From: Planctomycetota bacterium
Lineage (GTDB): Bacteria > Planctomycetota > UBA1135 > UBA2386
Assembly: GCA_965223545.1 (NCBI GenBank)
Contig: OZ245006.1
Span: 5,184,001-5,248,000, forward strand
Reading direction: 5' to 3'
Length of the DNA stretch: 64,000 bases
How positions within the stretch are numbered: the first letter of the stretch is position 1; each line of letters starts with the position of its first letter. This document shows, piece after piece, positions 46,505 to 59,323 of this stretch. Both the position numbers and the translations under genes were made by a program. Under the pieces are notes generated by a model, which saw only the letters and a program-made list of their open reading frames with translations, was not told the origin of the DNA and searched no databases.

Positions 46505-49263
46505 TTACCGCGCAGTCGCTGCCCCGGCCGGCGCTCCCGACTCCACCGGCTCCAGGCGCACGCAGCTGATCTTGACCTCCGGCGTCTTGGTCACCGGGTC
46601 GTAGCCCGACCCCGTGAGAAAGTTCACCGGCACGTCGTTGAAGCTGAAACTGCAGAACACGGTCCCCGGCTGCGCGTTGGCGGCCTCGCGCACGCGGAGG
46701 CGGAGCGAGCCGCGCGGACTCGTCATCTCGCACCAGCCGCCGTCGGTGAGGTCGTAGCGGGCCAGGTCGTCGCGGTGCACTTCGAGGTATTCCTCGGGCA
46801 AGAAGTACTCGATGCCGGCGGACCGTCCGGTCTGCGTGCGCGTGTGGTAGGCCTGCAGCCGGCGGCCGGTCGTCAGCCACACGGGGAACTCCTCGCTGAC
46901 CTGCTCGGCCGGTGGCCGGTAGTCGATCACGCGGAAGATACCGCGGCCGTTCTTGAACGCGTCCTGGTGCAGGATCGGCGTGCCCTCGTGCGCTGCATCC
47001 GGAACCGGCCAGTGGTAGCGGCCCTCGGCGACGCGCTCCCAGTCGAGGCCGGCGTAGATCGGCGACACGCTGCACAGCTCGTCGAAGACCTGCTGTGCCG
47101 ACTCGTGCTCGAAGCCGCGCAGCCCCATGCGCTTGGCGATCTGCGCGATGATCCACCAGTCGGGCATGGCACTGCCTTGCGCCGGCACCGCGGCCCGGAG
47201 CCGCTGCACCCGCCGCTCGGTGTTGGTCACCGTGCCGTCGGTCTCGCCGAAGGCGGATGCCGGCAAGACCACGTCGGCGAGCATCGCGGTCTCGGTGGGA
47301 AAGATGTCGATCACCACGAGGTGGTCGAGGGCGCGCAGGGCGGCCTCGCAGTGTTTGCGATCGGCGTCGGACACCACGGTGTTCTCGCCGGTGATCAGCA
47401 TCGCGCGGATCTTGCCCTCCGGAACCATTTCCAGCGCGTGGATCTTGGTCACGCTCTTGTCGAGGTCGACCTTGGTGCCCCAGAGTTGCTCGAACTTGGC
47501 CTGGTTGGCGGGATCGGTGACCGGCTGGAAGCCCGGGTAGTTCGCGGGAATGGCGCCGGCGTCGCCGGCGCCCTGGATGTTGTTCTGGCCACGCATCGGG
47601 TTGATGCCGCCGCCCTCGACCCCGAGGTTGCCCGTCATCAGCGCCAGGTTGCACAGGCTCTGCACGTTGTCGACGCCACAGATGTGCTCGGTGATGCCCA
47701 GCGTGTAGTAGATCCCCGCGGGCTGGCCCTTGCCGTACAGCATCGCCGCCCGCTCGATGTCGGCGGCCGGCACGCCGCAGATCTCCGCCGCCCACTCCGG
47801 CGTCTTGTCGGCGACGTGTGCCAAGAACTCTTCGCCGCCCGTGGTGCGGTCGGTGATGAAGCTCTCGTCGATCAAGCCCTCGCGCGCGATGACGTGCGCC
47901 ATCGCCAGCAACAGCGCGGTGTCCGAGCCGACGCGGATCGGCAGATACAGCTCCGCCATGTCGGCGAGGCCGATGCGCCGCGGGTCGGCGACCACCATCC
48001 GCGCGCCGCGCGCGATGGCCCGCTTCAAGCGCGTCGCCGCCACCGGGTGGCACTCGGTCATGTTGGTGCCGATGCAGAAGATCACATCGGGCTTCTCCAT
48101 GTCGGCCAGCGGGTTCGACATCGCCCCGCGCCCGATCGTGGCCGCCAGACCGGCGACCGTGGGAGAGTGTCAAGCTCTACTACAGTTGTCGATGTAGTTG
48201 GTGCCGTAGGCGACGCGCACCCATTTCTGCAGCATGAACGCGGCCTCGTTCGGCGCGCGGCCGGAGGCGATCGCGTACACCGAATGCCTGCCGTGCTCGT
48301 CCAGCGCACTGCGGAAGCCTGCGGCGGCGCGGTCCAACGCTTCGTCCCACGAGGTCTCCACCAGGGTGCCATCGCTGGCGCGCACCATCGGCGCGCGCAG
48401 TCGATCGCCATGCTGGACGAAGTCGTAGGCAAACTGGCCCTTCACGCACAGTGCACCCAGGTTGGCCGGACCATCCATCGCGGGTTGCACGCCGACCAGC
48501 TGGTCGCCCTTGGCGAGCAGGTCGACCGAGCAGCCGACGCCGCAATACGGGCACACGGTCCGGGTCTTCTCCACCGCGACGTCGTCGCCGGCGTGGCGCA
48601 GGGCCTTGCGGTCGGCGAGTGCTCCGGTCGGGCACGTCTGCACGCACTGGCCACAGAACGTGCAGCTCGAGTCCTCCAGCGCGCCGTCGAACTCGGTGGT
48701 GATGCGCGTGGCGAAGCCGCGGTTGCGCACGCTGATGGCGTAGTCGCCCTCGCGCTCCGCGCACACCCGCACGCAGCGATAGCACGAGATGCAGAGGTCG
48801 TAGTCGCGCAGGATGAACGGGTTGTGGTCGTCGTCGCGGCTCTGGCCGGACTGGGCGCCGGCAAACCGCCCGCCGCGGGCCTCGTACTGGTCGACCAGCA
48901 TGCCGAGCTCTTGGCTGGCGTAGCCGCGCAGCGGGTCGACGTCGACCTCGCGGTTCTCGGACACGACCAGCTCGAGCAGGGTCTTGCGGTGCTTCTCGAC
49001 CGCGGCGCTCGCGCTGCGCACCACCATGCCGGGTTGGGCCACCGCGGTGCAGGACGCCACCGGGTTGCGCGCGCCTTCGATCTCCACCACGCACATGCGG
49101 CAGCCGCCGAAGGCGTCGAGGCGTTCGTCGTAGCACAGCGTCGGAATGGTGACGCCGTTGCGCCGGGCCACGTCGTACACCGTCTCGCCGGTGGAAAATG
49201 CCACCGTCTTGCCGTCCAGCTGCAGCGTCTGACGGTCGGAGTGGTCGCGCTGTAGGTCGCCGT

Positions 49264-49267
<4 letters not shown>
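46505..49267 (-). CDS. fdhF: Selenocysteine-containing formate dehydrogenase alpha subunit (Mo/W-bisPGD, N-terminal Fe-S domains), ~920 aa
   Basis: Two track ORFs are in frame across TGA 48172-48170: IDNCSRA-U-HSPTVAGL..GRGAMSN. Also IPTLC..CRMC, 2x CxxCxxC, CPYCGVGC, LCVKG, MRGQNNIQG, LTTGR. Confidence 0.93.
48140..48158 (-). promoter_or_regulatory. Bacterial SECIS hairpin
   Basis: GGTCGCC-GGTCT-GGCGGCC beginning 11 nt after the in-frame UGA, as in E. coli fdhF. Confidence 0.85.
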
Positions 49268-50946
<1,679 letters not shown>

Positions 50947-51041
50947 ACCGCGAGCTTACCGCCCTGCCGGGCCGAGTCGATTGCCGGCACGCCCTGGCTC
51001 TGCCTTGTGTGGCGGTGGGGGGCGGCGGTAGGTTGCCGGGC

Positions 51042-52262
51042 ATGGCCGGCAAGAAGCGCAAGGCCGCTCCGCGCGAGCGACGTTCTCAGCTGGGTGGGAC
51101 GGCGGCGAAGGCCACCAAGCGCCGCGCCGCGCGCCGCGAGCTGGGCGTGGCGATGGTCGGCCACGCGTTCATGGGGCGGGCGCACGGCAATGCCTACCGG
51201 CAGGTCGACCACTTCTTCGACCTGCCCTACCGGGTCGTGCCGCGCGTCGTCGTCGGCCGGGACGCGTCGCGGGTCGAGGCGGCCCGGGAGAAGCTGGGCT
51301 TTGCCGAGGCGTCGACCGACCTGGACGCGGTGCTGGCCCGGGACGACATCGACCTCGTCGACATCGCCACCCCCAACGACAGCCACTACGAGCTGGCGAT
51401 GGCGGCGATGCGGGCTGGCAAGCACGTGCTCTGCGAGAAGCCGCTGGCGTTGAACTTGACCCAGGCGAAGGCGATGGCGCGCGAGGCGAGGACACGCGGT
51501 GTCGCCGTCGGTCTCTGGCACAACTACCGGCGCAGTCCCTCCGCCAGTCTGGCGCGGCGGTTGATTCAGCGCGGTGAGCTCGGTGCCGTGCGCCACGTCC
51601 GCGCGGTCTACCTCCAGGATTGGCTCTGCGATCCGACGGTGCCGGCGTCGTGGCGCACCGACGCGACGGTGTGTGGCTCCGGCGCGCACGGCGACCTCAA
51701 CGCGCACCTGGTCGACATGACGCGCTTTCTGACCGGGCTGGAGTTCGAGGAGGTCTGCGCGGCGTCCGCCACCTTCACTCCGCGCCGGCCGTCGACCACC
51801 GGCCGCGGCAAGACCGCCGCGGTCACGGTCGACGATGCGCTGCTGTTCATGGCCCGCTTCAAGGGGGGCGCGCTGGGCTCGTTCGAAGCGACGCGGGTCG
51901 CCCCCGGCCGCAAGAACTACAATCGGATCGAGATCAATGGCACCAAGGGCACGCTGGTCTGGAACTTCGAGCGGATGAACGAGCTCTCGCTGTTCTCCTT
52001 CGACGATGCCGGCGACGCCCAGGGGTTTCGCACGATCATGTGCATGGACGGGAGCCACCCCTACGCCGCCAACTGGTGGCCCGACGGGCACATCATCGGC
52101 TACGAGCACACCTTCGTGCACCATCTCGCCGACTTCGTCACCGCGCTGCCCAAGCGGAAGCGCTTCTCACCCGACTTCGACGACGGGGTCGCGGTCCAGG
52201 CGGTGCTCGACGCGGCGCTCAAGTCCGCCGGCAACCGCCGCTGGGTCGCGATCCGGTCGTGA
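51042..52262 (+). CDS. Gfo/Idh/MocA oxidoreductase
   Basis: VGHAFMGRAH, DIATPN..H, GKHVLCEKPLA, GA.GDL.AH..D, WWP.GH.IGYEH. Confidence 0.93.
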   Translation: MAGKKRKAAPRERRSQLGGTAAKATKRRAARRELGVAMVGHAFMGRAHGNAYRQVDHFFDLPYRVVPRVVVGRDASRVEAAREKLGFAEASTDLDAVLARDDIDLVDIATPNDSHYELAMAAMRAGKHVLCEKPLALNLTQAKAMAREARTRGVAVGLWHNYRRSPSASLARRLIQRGELGAVRHVRAVYLQDWLCDPTVPASWRTDATVCGSGAHGDLNAHLVDMTRFLTGLEFEEVCAASATFTPRRPSTTGRGKTAAVTVDDALLFMARFKGGALGSFEATRVAPGRKNYNRIEINGTKGTLVWNFERMNELSLFSFDDAGDAQGFRTIMCMDGSHPYAANWWPDGHIIGYEHTFVHHLADFVTALPKRKRFSPDFDDGVAVQAVLDAALKSAGNRRWVAIRS

Positions 52263-52307
52263 GGCGGGCGAAAACCACAAAGACACCTGCCACCCAAGGC
52301 ACCTGAC

Positions 52308-53357
52308 ATGATGCAAGGCCCCGGCGTTTTTCTGGCCCAGTTCATGGGCGACCAGGCTCCGTTCAACAACTTCGACACGATCTGCGCCTGGGCCAGCGAC
52401 CTCGGCTACGTCGGCGTGCAGCTGCCGTCGTGGGACGGTCGCTGCATGGATCTCGAGCAGGCGGCGGCGAGCCAGGCCTACTGCGACGATTTGCGCGCGA
52501 CGGCGCAGAAGCACGGGCTCGAGATCAGCGAGCTCGCGACCCACCTGCAGGGGCAGCTGGTGGCGGTGCATCCCGCCTACGCGGAGATGTTCAAGGTGTT
52601 CGCGCCCGAGGGGGTCACCACTCCGGCGGCGATGGCGGAGTGGGGGACCGACCAGGTCAAGAAGTGTCTCACCGCGTCGCAGAACCTCGGCTTGTCGGCG
52701 ATGCCGACCTTCCCCGGCGCGCTGATGTGGCACACGGTGTATCCGTGGCCGCAGCGACCGGCCGGGATGGTCGCCGAGGGCTTCGCCGAGCTGGCGCGCC
52801 GCTGGCGGCCGATCCTCGACCACGCCGAGGAGTGCGGCGTCGACTGCGCGTTCGAGGTGCACCCGGGCGAGGACATCCACGACGGCGCGAGCTACGAGGC
52901 GTTCTTGTCCGCGGCGGACGACCACGCGCGGGCGTGTCTGCTCTACGATCCCAGCCACTTCGTGCTGCAGTGCCTCGACTACCTCGAATTCATCGACCTG
53001 TACCACGAGCGCATCCGCTGCTTCCACGTCAAGGACGCCGAGTTCCGGCCCAACGGGCGGGTCGGGGTCTACGGTGGGTATCAGGGCTGGCAGGACCGCG
53101 CCGGCCGATTCCGCAGCCTCGGCGATGGCGAGGTCGACTTCGGGGCGGCGTTCACGCTGCTCAGCAAGTACGGCTACCGCGGGTGGGCGACGCTGGAGTG
53201 GGAGTGCTGCTTCAAGGACGCCGCTCAGGGGGCAGAGGAGGGCGCGCCGTTCATCGCGGCCCACCTGATCACGCCTCCCGAGAAGGCGTTCGACGATTTC
53301 GCCGGGGGCGAGGTCGATCACGACAGCGTGCGCCGGGCGCTCGGTCTGGACGGCTGA
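52308..53357 (+). CDS. Sugar phosphate isomerase/epimerase (AP2/IolE-like TIM barrel)
   Basis: FEVHPGED, YDPSH, FHVKDAE, FRSLGDG, LEWEC. Confidence 0.9.
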   Translation: MMQGPGVFLAQFMGDQAPFNNFDTICAWASDLGYVGVQLPSWDGRCMDLEQAAASQAYCDDLRATAQKHGLEISELATHLQGQLVAVHPAYAEMFKVFAPEGVTTPAAMAEWGTDQVKKCLTASQNLGLSAMPTFPGALMWHTVYPWPQRPAGMVAEGFAELARRWRPILDHAEECGVDCAFEVHPGEDIHDGASYEAFLSAADDHARACLLYDPSHFVLQCLDYLEFIDLYHERIRCFHVKDAEFRPNGRVGVYGGYQGWQDRAGRFRSLGDGEVDFGAAFTLLSKYGYRGWATLEWECCFKDAAQGAEEGAPFIAAHLITPPEKAFDDFAGGEVDHDSVRRALGLDG

Positions 53358-53432
53358 TGCGATGCGCGCGCCCGCTCGCGCGCCCGCTGGTCCGCGGCGT
53401 CGTCGTGTCCGGGGGCGCGTGAATGCCCGCGG

Positions 53433-56400
53433 TCATCGGGGGCCGCAGACCACGACCTCGACGCCGTTGCTGCCCGCGATGCCCCCGGTGCTCGCAGCCC
53501 ACGCCTGCAACACCAACGACTGCCCGGCGAGGGCCGGGATCGGCGGTAGGTCCCAGGTGTACTGTGCGACACCCGTCACACCGCCGACCGGTGCCGCGAG
53601 CAGGGCGACGGGCGGCGAGACCAACAGCAGCGAGGTGCTGACCGCGGGCAGCGCGCTCTCGGCCGGAGACGTCGAGAGCAGCAGCCAGTACGGCGCGTTG
53701 GCCAGGCCGCCGGCGGCGATCAGCGACAGGGGTTGTCCGGGAGCGGGCGTGCCGGTGGCGCTGAGCAGCAGCGTCTGGCGCGCGGCGTCGAGGGCCGAGT
53801 AGCGTCGGGTGCCGCAGCCCGCGATCGCGTTGCCGGCATCGGCAGTCGGGTCGGGGAACGTGACCCAGCGGGGATCGCCGTCGACCCAACGGCCGGTGGA
53901 CACGTCGGTCAGCTGTGGGCCGAAGGAGATCGAGTCGAGCAGGGTGATGCCGTCGTCGGCGAACAAGAACAGCTGTTCGCCGGTGGCCGCGAGCTTGAAG
54001 TTGGCGTGCAGTGGGCCCTGGCTGCCGTCTTCGTCGGCCCAGATCAGCAGGGTCTGCCCGGGCGAGACGGTGAAGCCCGGTGGGATCTGCCACTTGGTCG
54101 GTGCGCTCGGGTCGTCGGACAGGTAGAGGCCGCTCGCGGTAACGGTGACCTGCGCCTTGTTGTAGAGCTCGACCCAGTCCTCGTGCTCACCGGCTTCGTC
54201 CACCGCCCCCGTCTGGTTGCTGGCCAGCAGCTCGTTGAGCACCAAGGTCTCGACCACGAACGGCGCGCGCGCCAGCGCGCTCCACTGACCATCGTCGAGG
54301 GCGCGGGCGCTGACCGTCTGGCTCCGAGTGACCGTCAGTGGGCCGCCGTACAGCGTGGCGTTCGGCGAAATCGCGCCGCCTTCCAGCCGGGGATCCGATC
54401 CGTCGGTGGTGAAGTAGATCTCCGCCGCCGGCGCGGTGAGCGTCAGCGAGAAGCCGGCCGCGACGGTGCCGCCGTGCTGCGAGAGCACCGGAGCCTCGAC
54501 GTCGGGGTACAGACCTTGGTTGCGGTACTGCTGCAGGACGATCTCCGTGCGCTGCGGAAAGAAGTCGCGCATCAGCTCGTTGCGATGCGGCACCACGTGC
54601 TCGTACTTGGTGTAGAGCGGATAAGGGCCGAACTGGAACGGGTGTACGTCGCGCCGGTAGTCGCCCCAGCGCGCGGACTCGCCGACGATCGCGTCGTCGA
54701 CCTCGGCGGCGAGCCGGGACCACTGTGCGGCGGTGCGCGCCGGGGTCAGCGCGCCCCCGGCGAAGAAGTGCTTGTGGACCCGGTCGCCGAAGCGAACGCG
54801 AAACTCCTCGATCCCGCGCAGCGTCGGCAGCAGGCCGGCGGGATCGGCCGTCGACGACGGATTGCGCACCGTGACGGACTCGAGGATGTGGTCGATATCC
54901 CACTGGTAGAACCGCCATGGCGCATCGTTGGGCCCGCCACCGGCAGCGCGCCAGTTGTTGCCCGCCGCGATGTCGGTGTTGCCGCCGTAGCGCGTGAAGA
55001 TGATGAAGTCGATGTAGTTGTCCAGTGCCAGCACCTGCTGGATCTGGGACCACTCGCGGTTGCTGACGACCGTTTGCATCCGGTTCCACGAGGCGCGCGT
55101 CCCCTGCCGGACCGAGCCGCCGGACAGCGCGTCGTAGTCGTCTTCGTCGCCGCCGTGCCACGCGGCGTAGTGCGCGTTGTCCTGGCGTTCGTGCAGGTTG
55201 TAGACGCCCCAGAACAGCCCGTTGAGGTAGAGGTTCACCTGCAGGCCCCGGCCGGCATCGGGACTGCCCATCTCGCGCGACAGCTCCTTGCCCCAGAACT
55301 CGCGCAGCAGCGAGGCGCGCTCGCGCCCGCCGGCCCACAGGTTGTTGGGGCCGCAGGTGCGGCAGCTCGTGCCGGCCCAGTGGACGAAGCTGTGCCCCCA
55401 CTGGTGGCGGATCTGCAGGCTGTCGAAGCTGGTCACCGGCGAGCCGGGAAACACCGGGTGGTCGAGCCGGCCGGCGCCGTAGCTGTCGCGGAAACGCAGG
55501 CTGAACGAGTGCTTGGGGTTGTAGATCGGATCGCGGCTGCGGCCGCCCTGGATCCGCAACCCACACGTCACCGAGAAACCGGGCGTGCCGTCGGGATGGA
55601 TCAGCTCGGCGTCGACGACGCGCTCCCAGCTGCGGCCCGAGCGCTGTGGGTTGGAGTAGATGCCGCTGCTGCCGAACAGGTCGCCCGGGTCGAGCACCAG
55701 AGAGAGGCTCGGGATCTCGACCAAGCCGCGGCGCACTTCGGCGCTGTAGAGCGGGTCGTCGACGACTTCGGGATCCATCTCGTAGTCGGCCCCCGGTGCG
55801 GTTCCGCCCCAGGCGGTCGGCCAACCGGCCGGCGTCGCCGGCTGGTGGACGATGTCCTCGACGAAGAGATACGTCTTGGTCGCCGTCAGCGACCCGCCCA
55901 GCCCGACGCCGAACGCCGCCGCGCGCAGACACGTGGTGCGCGCGATGCGGATGGGGCCGCCGTAGAGGCTGCTGGTCGTCGGGCTCGGTGCGCTGCCGTC
56001 CGTGGTGTAGTAGATCGCAGCGCCCGGCGTCGGGCTGCTGATGGTGACATCGAACGGCGCCGACGCGAAGCCGCTGTCCACGCTGAGCGTCGGGTCGGCC
56101 GTGAAGCCCGCCACACCGGGACTGGTGGGGAACCCGTTCGGAGTCGAGGTCGAGAAGTGCGCAAGCGTCGCGCCGTAGCCGGTGCCGGCGACGAGTTCCG
56201 GTCGGATCAGGAAGTCGCTGCTGCCGACGGACACGTTGAGACCGTGGATGGCCAGCAGGTTGCTGCCGGTCTGCAGCAAACCCAAGTGCGCCGAGAGGTC
56301 GAAGTCGACGAACAGAACGGCCTCGGCGTCGGGGTGGCTGGTCGTCGAGATCGAGTTCCAGGCGAGGGCGGCGGGAGCGTTCGCCGCGGCGACGCGCGCG

Positions 56401-57173
56401 CCGTTGAGATAGGCGACGAACCCGTCGTCGTACTGCATGCGCAGCGTCAACGACGTCAGCGCGGCGGGATCGGCGACGTCGAAATCGACCCGGATGTAGG
56501 CGGAGCCGTTGCGCTGGAACATCGTCGACTCGAGGTCGAGGCCGATCAGGGTCTCGTAGCCCGCGGTCGTCTCGTAGCCGACGCCGGTCGTACCCGTGCT
56601 CCAGCCTGCCGGCGTTTCGCCCTCGGTCCAACCGAGGCCGAGCGCGCCGCTGGTGGGCACGTGCGCCGTTGCGGGAGCGCCGGTGGCGATCAGCAGCTGT
56701 GGGTTGGCGGCGGGCGCGCTGCCGTAGCTGGTGTTGGTCCGAAGCGGCGGGAAGGCGGGCGCGAACTCGTTCGCGATGCTGAATCCGTCGGGTTGGACGA
56801 GGGCGAGGTACTCGCCCTGCGCCGCCAGCTTGAAGTTCGTGTGCAGCTCCTCTCCTGCGCGCGCGCGGTTCTTGCCGGAGGCGAACACCACGAGGTGGGC
56901 CCCGGCCGGGACCACGGTCGAGGGAAACCGCCACTTGGCCAGCGCGGTCGGGTCGTCGGTCAGCGACCACCCGGCGAGGTCGACCGCCCCGCTGCCGGGG
57001 TTGTAGATTTCGATCCAGTCGGAGTCGTCCCCGTCCTCGTCCAGCAGCGCGCCCGCGTTGGCGGCCATCAGCTCCGAGACGAACGGCAAGGACGGCTGCG
57101 CCGGCGCGGCCAGTGCGAACAACACGGTGACAACGGCGGCGCCGGCCAGGGAACGACGGAGCGGGGTGGGCAT
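53433..57173 (-). CDS. Secreted lamin-tail domain / CHB_HEX_C-like / CotH-kinase multidomain protein
   Basis: SELMA.N...DEDGD.SDWIEIYN (LTD, twice), IYYTTDGS.P, GLRIQG.RSR..K.SF, LYLNG..WGVY..HE, NNW, WDID. Confidence 0.9.
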   Translation of the reverse strand: MPTPLRRSLAGAAVVTVLFALAAPAQPSLPFVSELMAANAGALLDEDGDDSDWIEIYNPGSGAVDLAGWSLTDDPTALAKWRFPSTVVPAGAHLVVFASGKNRARAGEELHTNFKLAAQGEYLALVQPDGFSIANEFAPAFPPLRTNTSYGSAPAANPQLLIATGAPATAHVPTSGALGLGWTEGETPAGWSTGTTGVGYETTAGYETLIGLDLESTMFQRNGSAYIRVDFDVADPAALTSLTLRMQYDDGFVAYLNGARVAAANAPAALAWNSISTTSHPDAEAVLFVDFDLSAHLGLLQTGSNLLAIHGLNVSVGSSDFLIRPELVAGTGYGATLAHFSTSTPNGFPTSPGVAGFTADPTLSVDSGFASAPFDVTISSPTPGAAIYYTTDGSAPSPTTSSLYGGPIRIARTTCLRAAAFGVGLGGSLTATKTYLFVEDIVHQPATPAGWPTAWGGTAPGADYEMDPEVVDDPLYSAEVRRGLVEIPSLSLVLDPGDLFGSSGIYSNPQRSGRSWERVVDAELIHPDGTPGFSVTCGLRIQGGRSRDPIYNPKHSFSLRFRDSYGAGRLDHPVFPGSPVTSFDSLQIRHQWGHSFVHWAGTSCRTCGPNNLWAGGRERASLLREFWGKELSREMGSPDAGRGLQVNLYLNGLFWGVYNLHERQDNAHYAAWHGGDEDDYDALSGGSVRQGTRASWNRMQTVVSNREWSQIQQVLALDNYIDFIIFTRYGGNTDIAAGNNWRAAGGGPNDAPWRFYQWDIDHILESVTVRNPSSTADPAGLLPTLRGIEEFRVRFGDRVHKHFFAGGALTPARTAAQWSRLAAEVDDAIVGESARWGDYRRDVHPFQFGPYPLYTKYEHVVPHRNELMRDFFPQRTEIVLQQYRNQGLYPDVEAPVLSQHGGTVAAGFSLTLTAPAAEIYFTTDGSDPRLEGGAISPNATLYGGPLTVTRSQTVSARALDDGQWSALARAPFVVETLVLNELLASNQTGAVDEAGEHEDWVELYNKAQVTVTASGLYLSDDPSAPTKWQIPPGFTVSPGQTLLIWADEDGSQGPLHANFKLAATGEQLFLFADDGITLLDSISFGPQLTDVSTGRWVDGDPRWVTFPDPTADAGNAIAGCGTRRYSALDAARQTLLLSATGTPAPGQPLSLIAAGGLANAPYWLLLSTSPAESALPAVSTSLLLVSPPVALLAAPVGGVTGVAQYTWDLPPIPALAGQSLVLQAWAASTGGIAGSNGVEVVVCGPR

Positions 57174-57345
57174 GGGCGGGCCTATCGGGGGACGGGACAT
57201 CGATCCGGTGGCAGTGTAGTTCGTCGCCCGGGGCCCATGTTCGCAGGATCGTTACGTCCAGGCGGATGGCGGGGCCGCAGCGCGCCCGGGGGCGACTGCT
57301 ACACTGGCGCCGCACCGTACGTTGCACAATCGGAGTCGGAAACTG

Positions 57346-59049
57346 ATGGACCGTGTCGCTGTCGCGCTTCTCACCGTTGTCTTCTGCGTCCAGACGGCGT
57401 TCGGCCAGGTGCCGCGCAGCCCGCAGCGGTTGGACCCGACGTCGACCCTGAGTCGCGATCCGGTCATCGCCAGCGCCGGTGATGTGTCGGTGGTCGCCTG
57501 GGCCGAGGCCGGCGCGGTGTACGCCGCGCGCTCCGACGGGCGCGGCACGACCTGGAGTGCGGCGGTGAGAGTGGATGGCGACGGCACCGGCGCCAAGAAG
57601 GATCTCGAGTCGGGCGATCTGTTGGTGGTCGGCGGTTCTGCCTACGTCATCTGGCGGGATGAGCGCCACGGCGCCAACCACCGGGAGATCTACTTCAGTC
57701 GTTCCACCGACGGTGGTGCCACTTGGGCGCCCGAGCAGCGCATCGACAAGTCGGTGCCGGTCGGCATCGGCACCGTGCGCGACCACCGGTTGGCGGTGGG
57801 GGCGACTTCGCCCGCGAGCGTGCACGTCTTGCTGTCGATCGACGCGACCCTGCTCAGCAACGAGATCCTGATTCTGGTCCGTTCCACCGACGGTGGCCAG
57901 ACGTTTGCTCCAGCGACCGTGGTCCCGCAGGGCATCGCCGCCGGTGCGGCGGACGTCGACAACGTCGACGCGGTCGCCGACGGCAGCACGCTGTACGTCG
58001 CCTGGGTCGACGATCGGTTGGGCGAAGACGACGTGTATCTGCAGAAGTCGACCGACGCCGGGGCCACGTGGTTGGCGCAGGACCTGCAGCTGGACAGCTC
58101 GGTGGGCGGCAACGCCGAGGACATCCCCTGCCTGGCGGTCTCCGGCAACATGGTCGCGGTCGCTTGGCTCGAGGAACGCCCCAAGGGCGCGCCCGAATCG
58201 CTGCGCGCCAACGTCTCCGTCGACGGCGCGGCTTCGTTTGGCGGCGACGTGCTGGTGGGCAGCTACATCGTCAACCTCGTCGACGTCGACAATCCGCAGC
58301 TCGTCATCACCGGCAACGGCGACTTGGTCGCCGCCTGGGACGACAATCGCTTCGGTTTCGACGAGGTGTTCGCCGCCGCGTCTTCGGATGGCGGACTCTC
58401 TTGGGCACCCGACGTCCAGCTGTCCAGCTCCAGCGGTGAGTTCCCGCGGCTGGCCACGTCCGGGGCCGATGAGGTCGTCGTCGTGTGGACTGGCGGCGTG
58501 TTTCCGGAGAAGGCGCGGGCCGCGTTGTCGACGGACGGTGGGGCGACCTGGCTGCCGCGGGTCGAGGCGTCGCCCAATCCAGGCGATGCCGACTCGGCCG
58601 AGGTGGCGTACAACGCGCGCTACCACAACTTCGCGATGGCCTACCTGGCCGACGACTTCGGCGTCAACAACGTGTACGCCGGTGGCTTCCGGCCGCAGAC
58701 CGTGCTCGCCAACGGTTGGAACACCAGGACCTCGCCGGCGTGGTTCGACGTCCACCGCGCCGGGGCGGCCAACGTCGCCCTGATCGGCTTGTCGACGGGG
58801 ACGGGGCCGCTGACGATTCCCGGCGACGGGCGGTTGCTCGAGCTGAGCGGAGACCCACTGTTGGCCGCGACGCTCAGCAGTCCGCTGTTCGTGGCGCCCA
58901 TCGTGAATGGTGACGGCAGTACCACCGCGATCCCCAACCCGTTCGCCAATCTGGCGCCCGTCGGGCTGACGATCCACTACGCAGCGATCGCACTGGATGG
59001 CAGCGGCGGGATCACCGCGCTCACCGACCCCTCGTCGTTCCAACTCTGA
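57346..59049 (+). CDS. Secreted BNR/Asp-box (sialidase-like propeller) protein
   Basis: Seven S.D.G.TW-type Asp-boxes; signal peptide. Confidence 0.85.
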   Translation: MDRVAVALLTVVFCVQTAFGQVPRSPQRLDPTSTLSRDPVIASAGDVSVVAWAEAGAVYAARSDGRGTTWSAAVRVDGDGTGAKKDLESGDLLVVGGSAYVIWRDERHGANHREIYFSRSTDGGATWAPEQRIDKSVPVGIGTVRDHRLAVGATSPASVHVLLSIDATLLSNEILILVRSTDGGQTFAPATVVPQGIAAGAADVDNVDAVADGSTLYVAWVDDRLGEDDVYLQKSTDAGATWLAQDLQLDSSVGGNAEDIPCLAVSGNMVAVAWLEERPKGAPESLRANVSVDGAASFGGDVLVGSYIVNLVDVDNPQLVITGNGDLVAAWDDNRFGFDEVFAAASSDGGLSWAPDVQLSSSSGEFPRLATSGADEVVVVWTGGVFPEKARAALSTDGGATWLPRVEASPNPGDADSAEVAYNARYHNFAMAYLADDFGVNNVYAGGFRPQTVLANGWNTRTSPAWFDVHRAGAANVALIGLSTGTGPLTIPGDGRLLELSGDPLLAATLSSPLFVAPIVNGDGSTTAIPNPFANLAPVGLTIHYAAIALDGSGGITALTDPSSFQL

Positions 59050-59323
59050 AACGCGAACGGGCACCGGCGCGACGACCGCACGGGAATCTCCGCAGGTGGC
59101 TTCCGCGGGCCGTGCTCAACCCCGGGGCGGCTGACGCTACAGTCGCCGCCGTGACCCAGGCCGTGCCCACTCAGCTGTCGCGCCGGACGACAGAAGCGTC
59201 TTCGGACGCAACACCGGCTGGCCGCGTGTCCTCGGCATGTCGGTTGCGTTCGCGACGGTCTTGCTCCGCGATGTGCAGCAGAATCCGCGTGTTGCCGGCC
59301 AACCTCGCTCCGAGCGGGGCGCG

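Noticed and set aside
53733..59064. Very long alternative-frame ORFs (1249 and 1625 aa) and similar shadow ORFs throughout the window
   Set aside because: Arg/Ala/Gly-rich antisense or off-frame products of high-GC coding DNA that overlap motif-supported genes.
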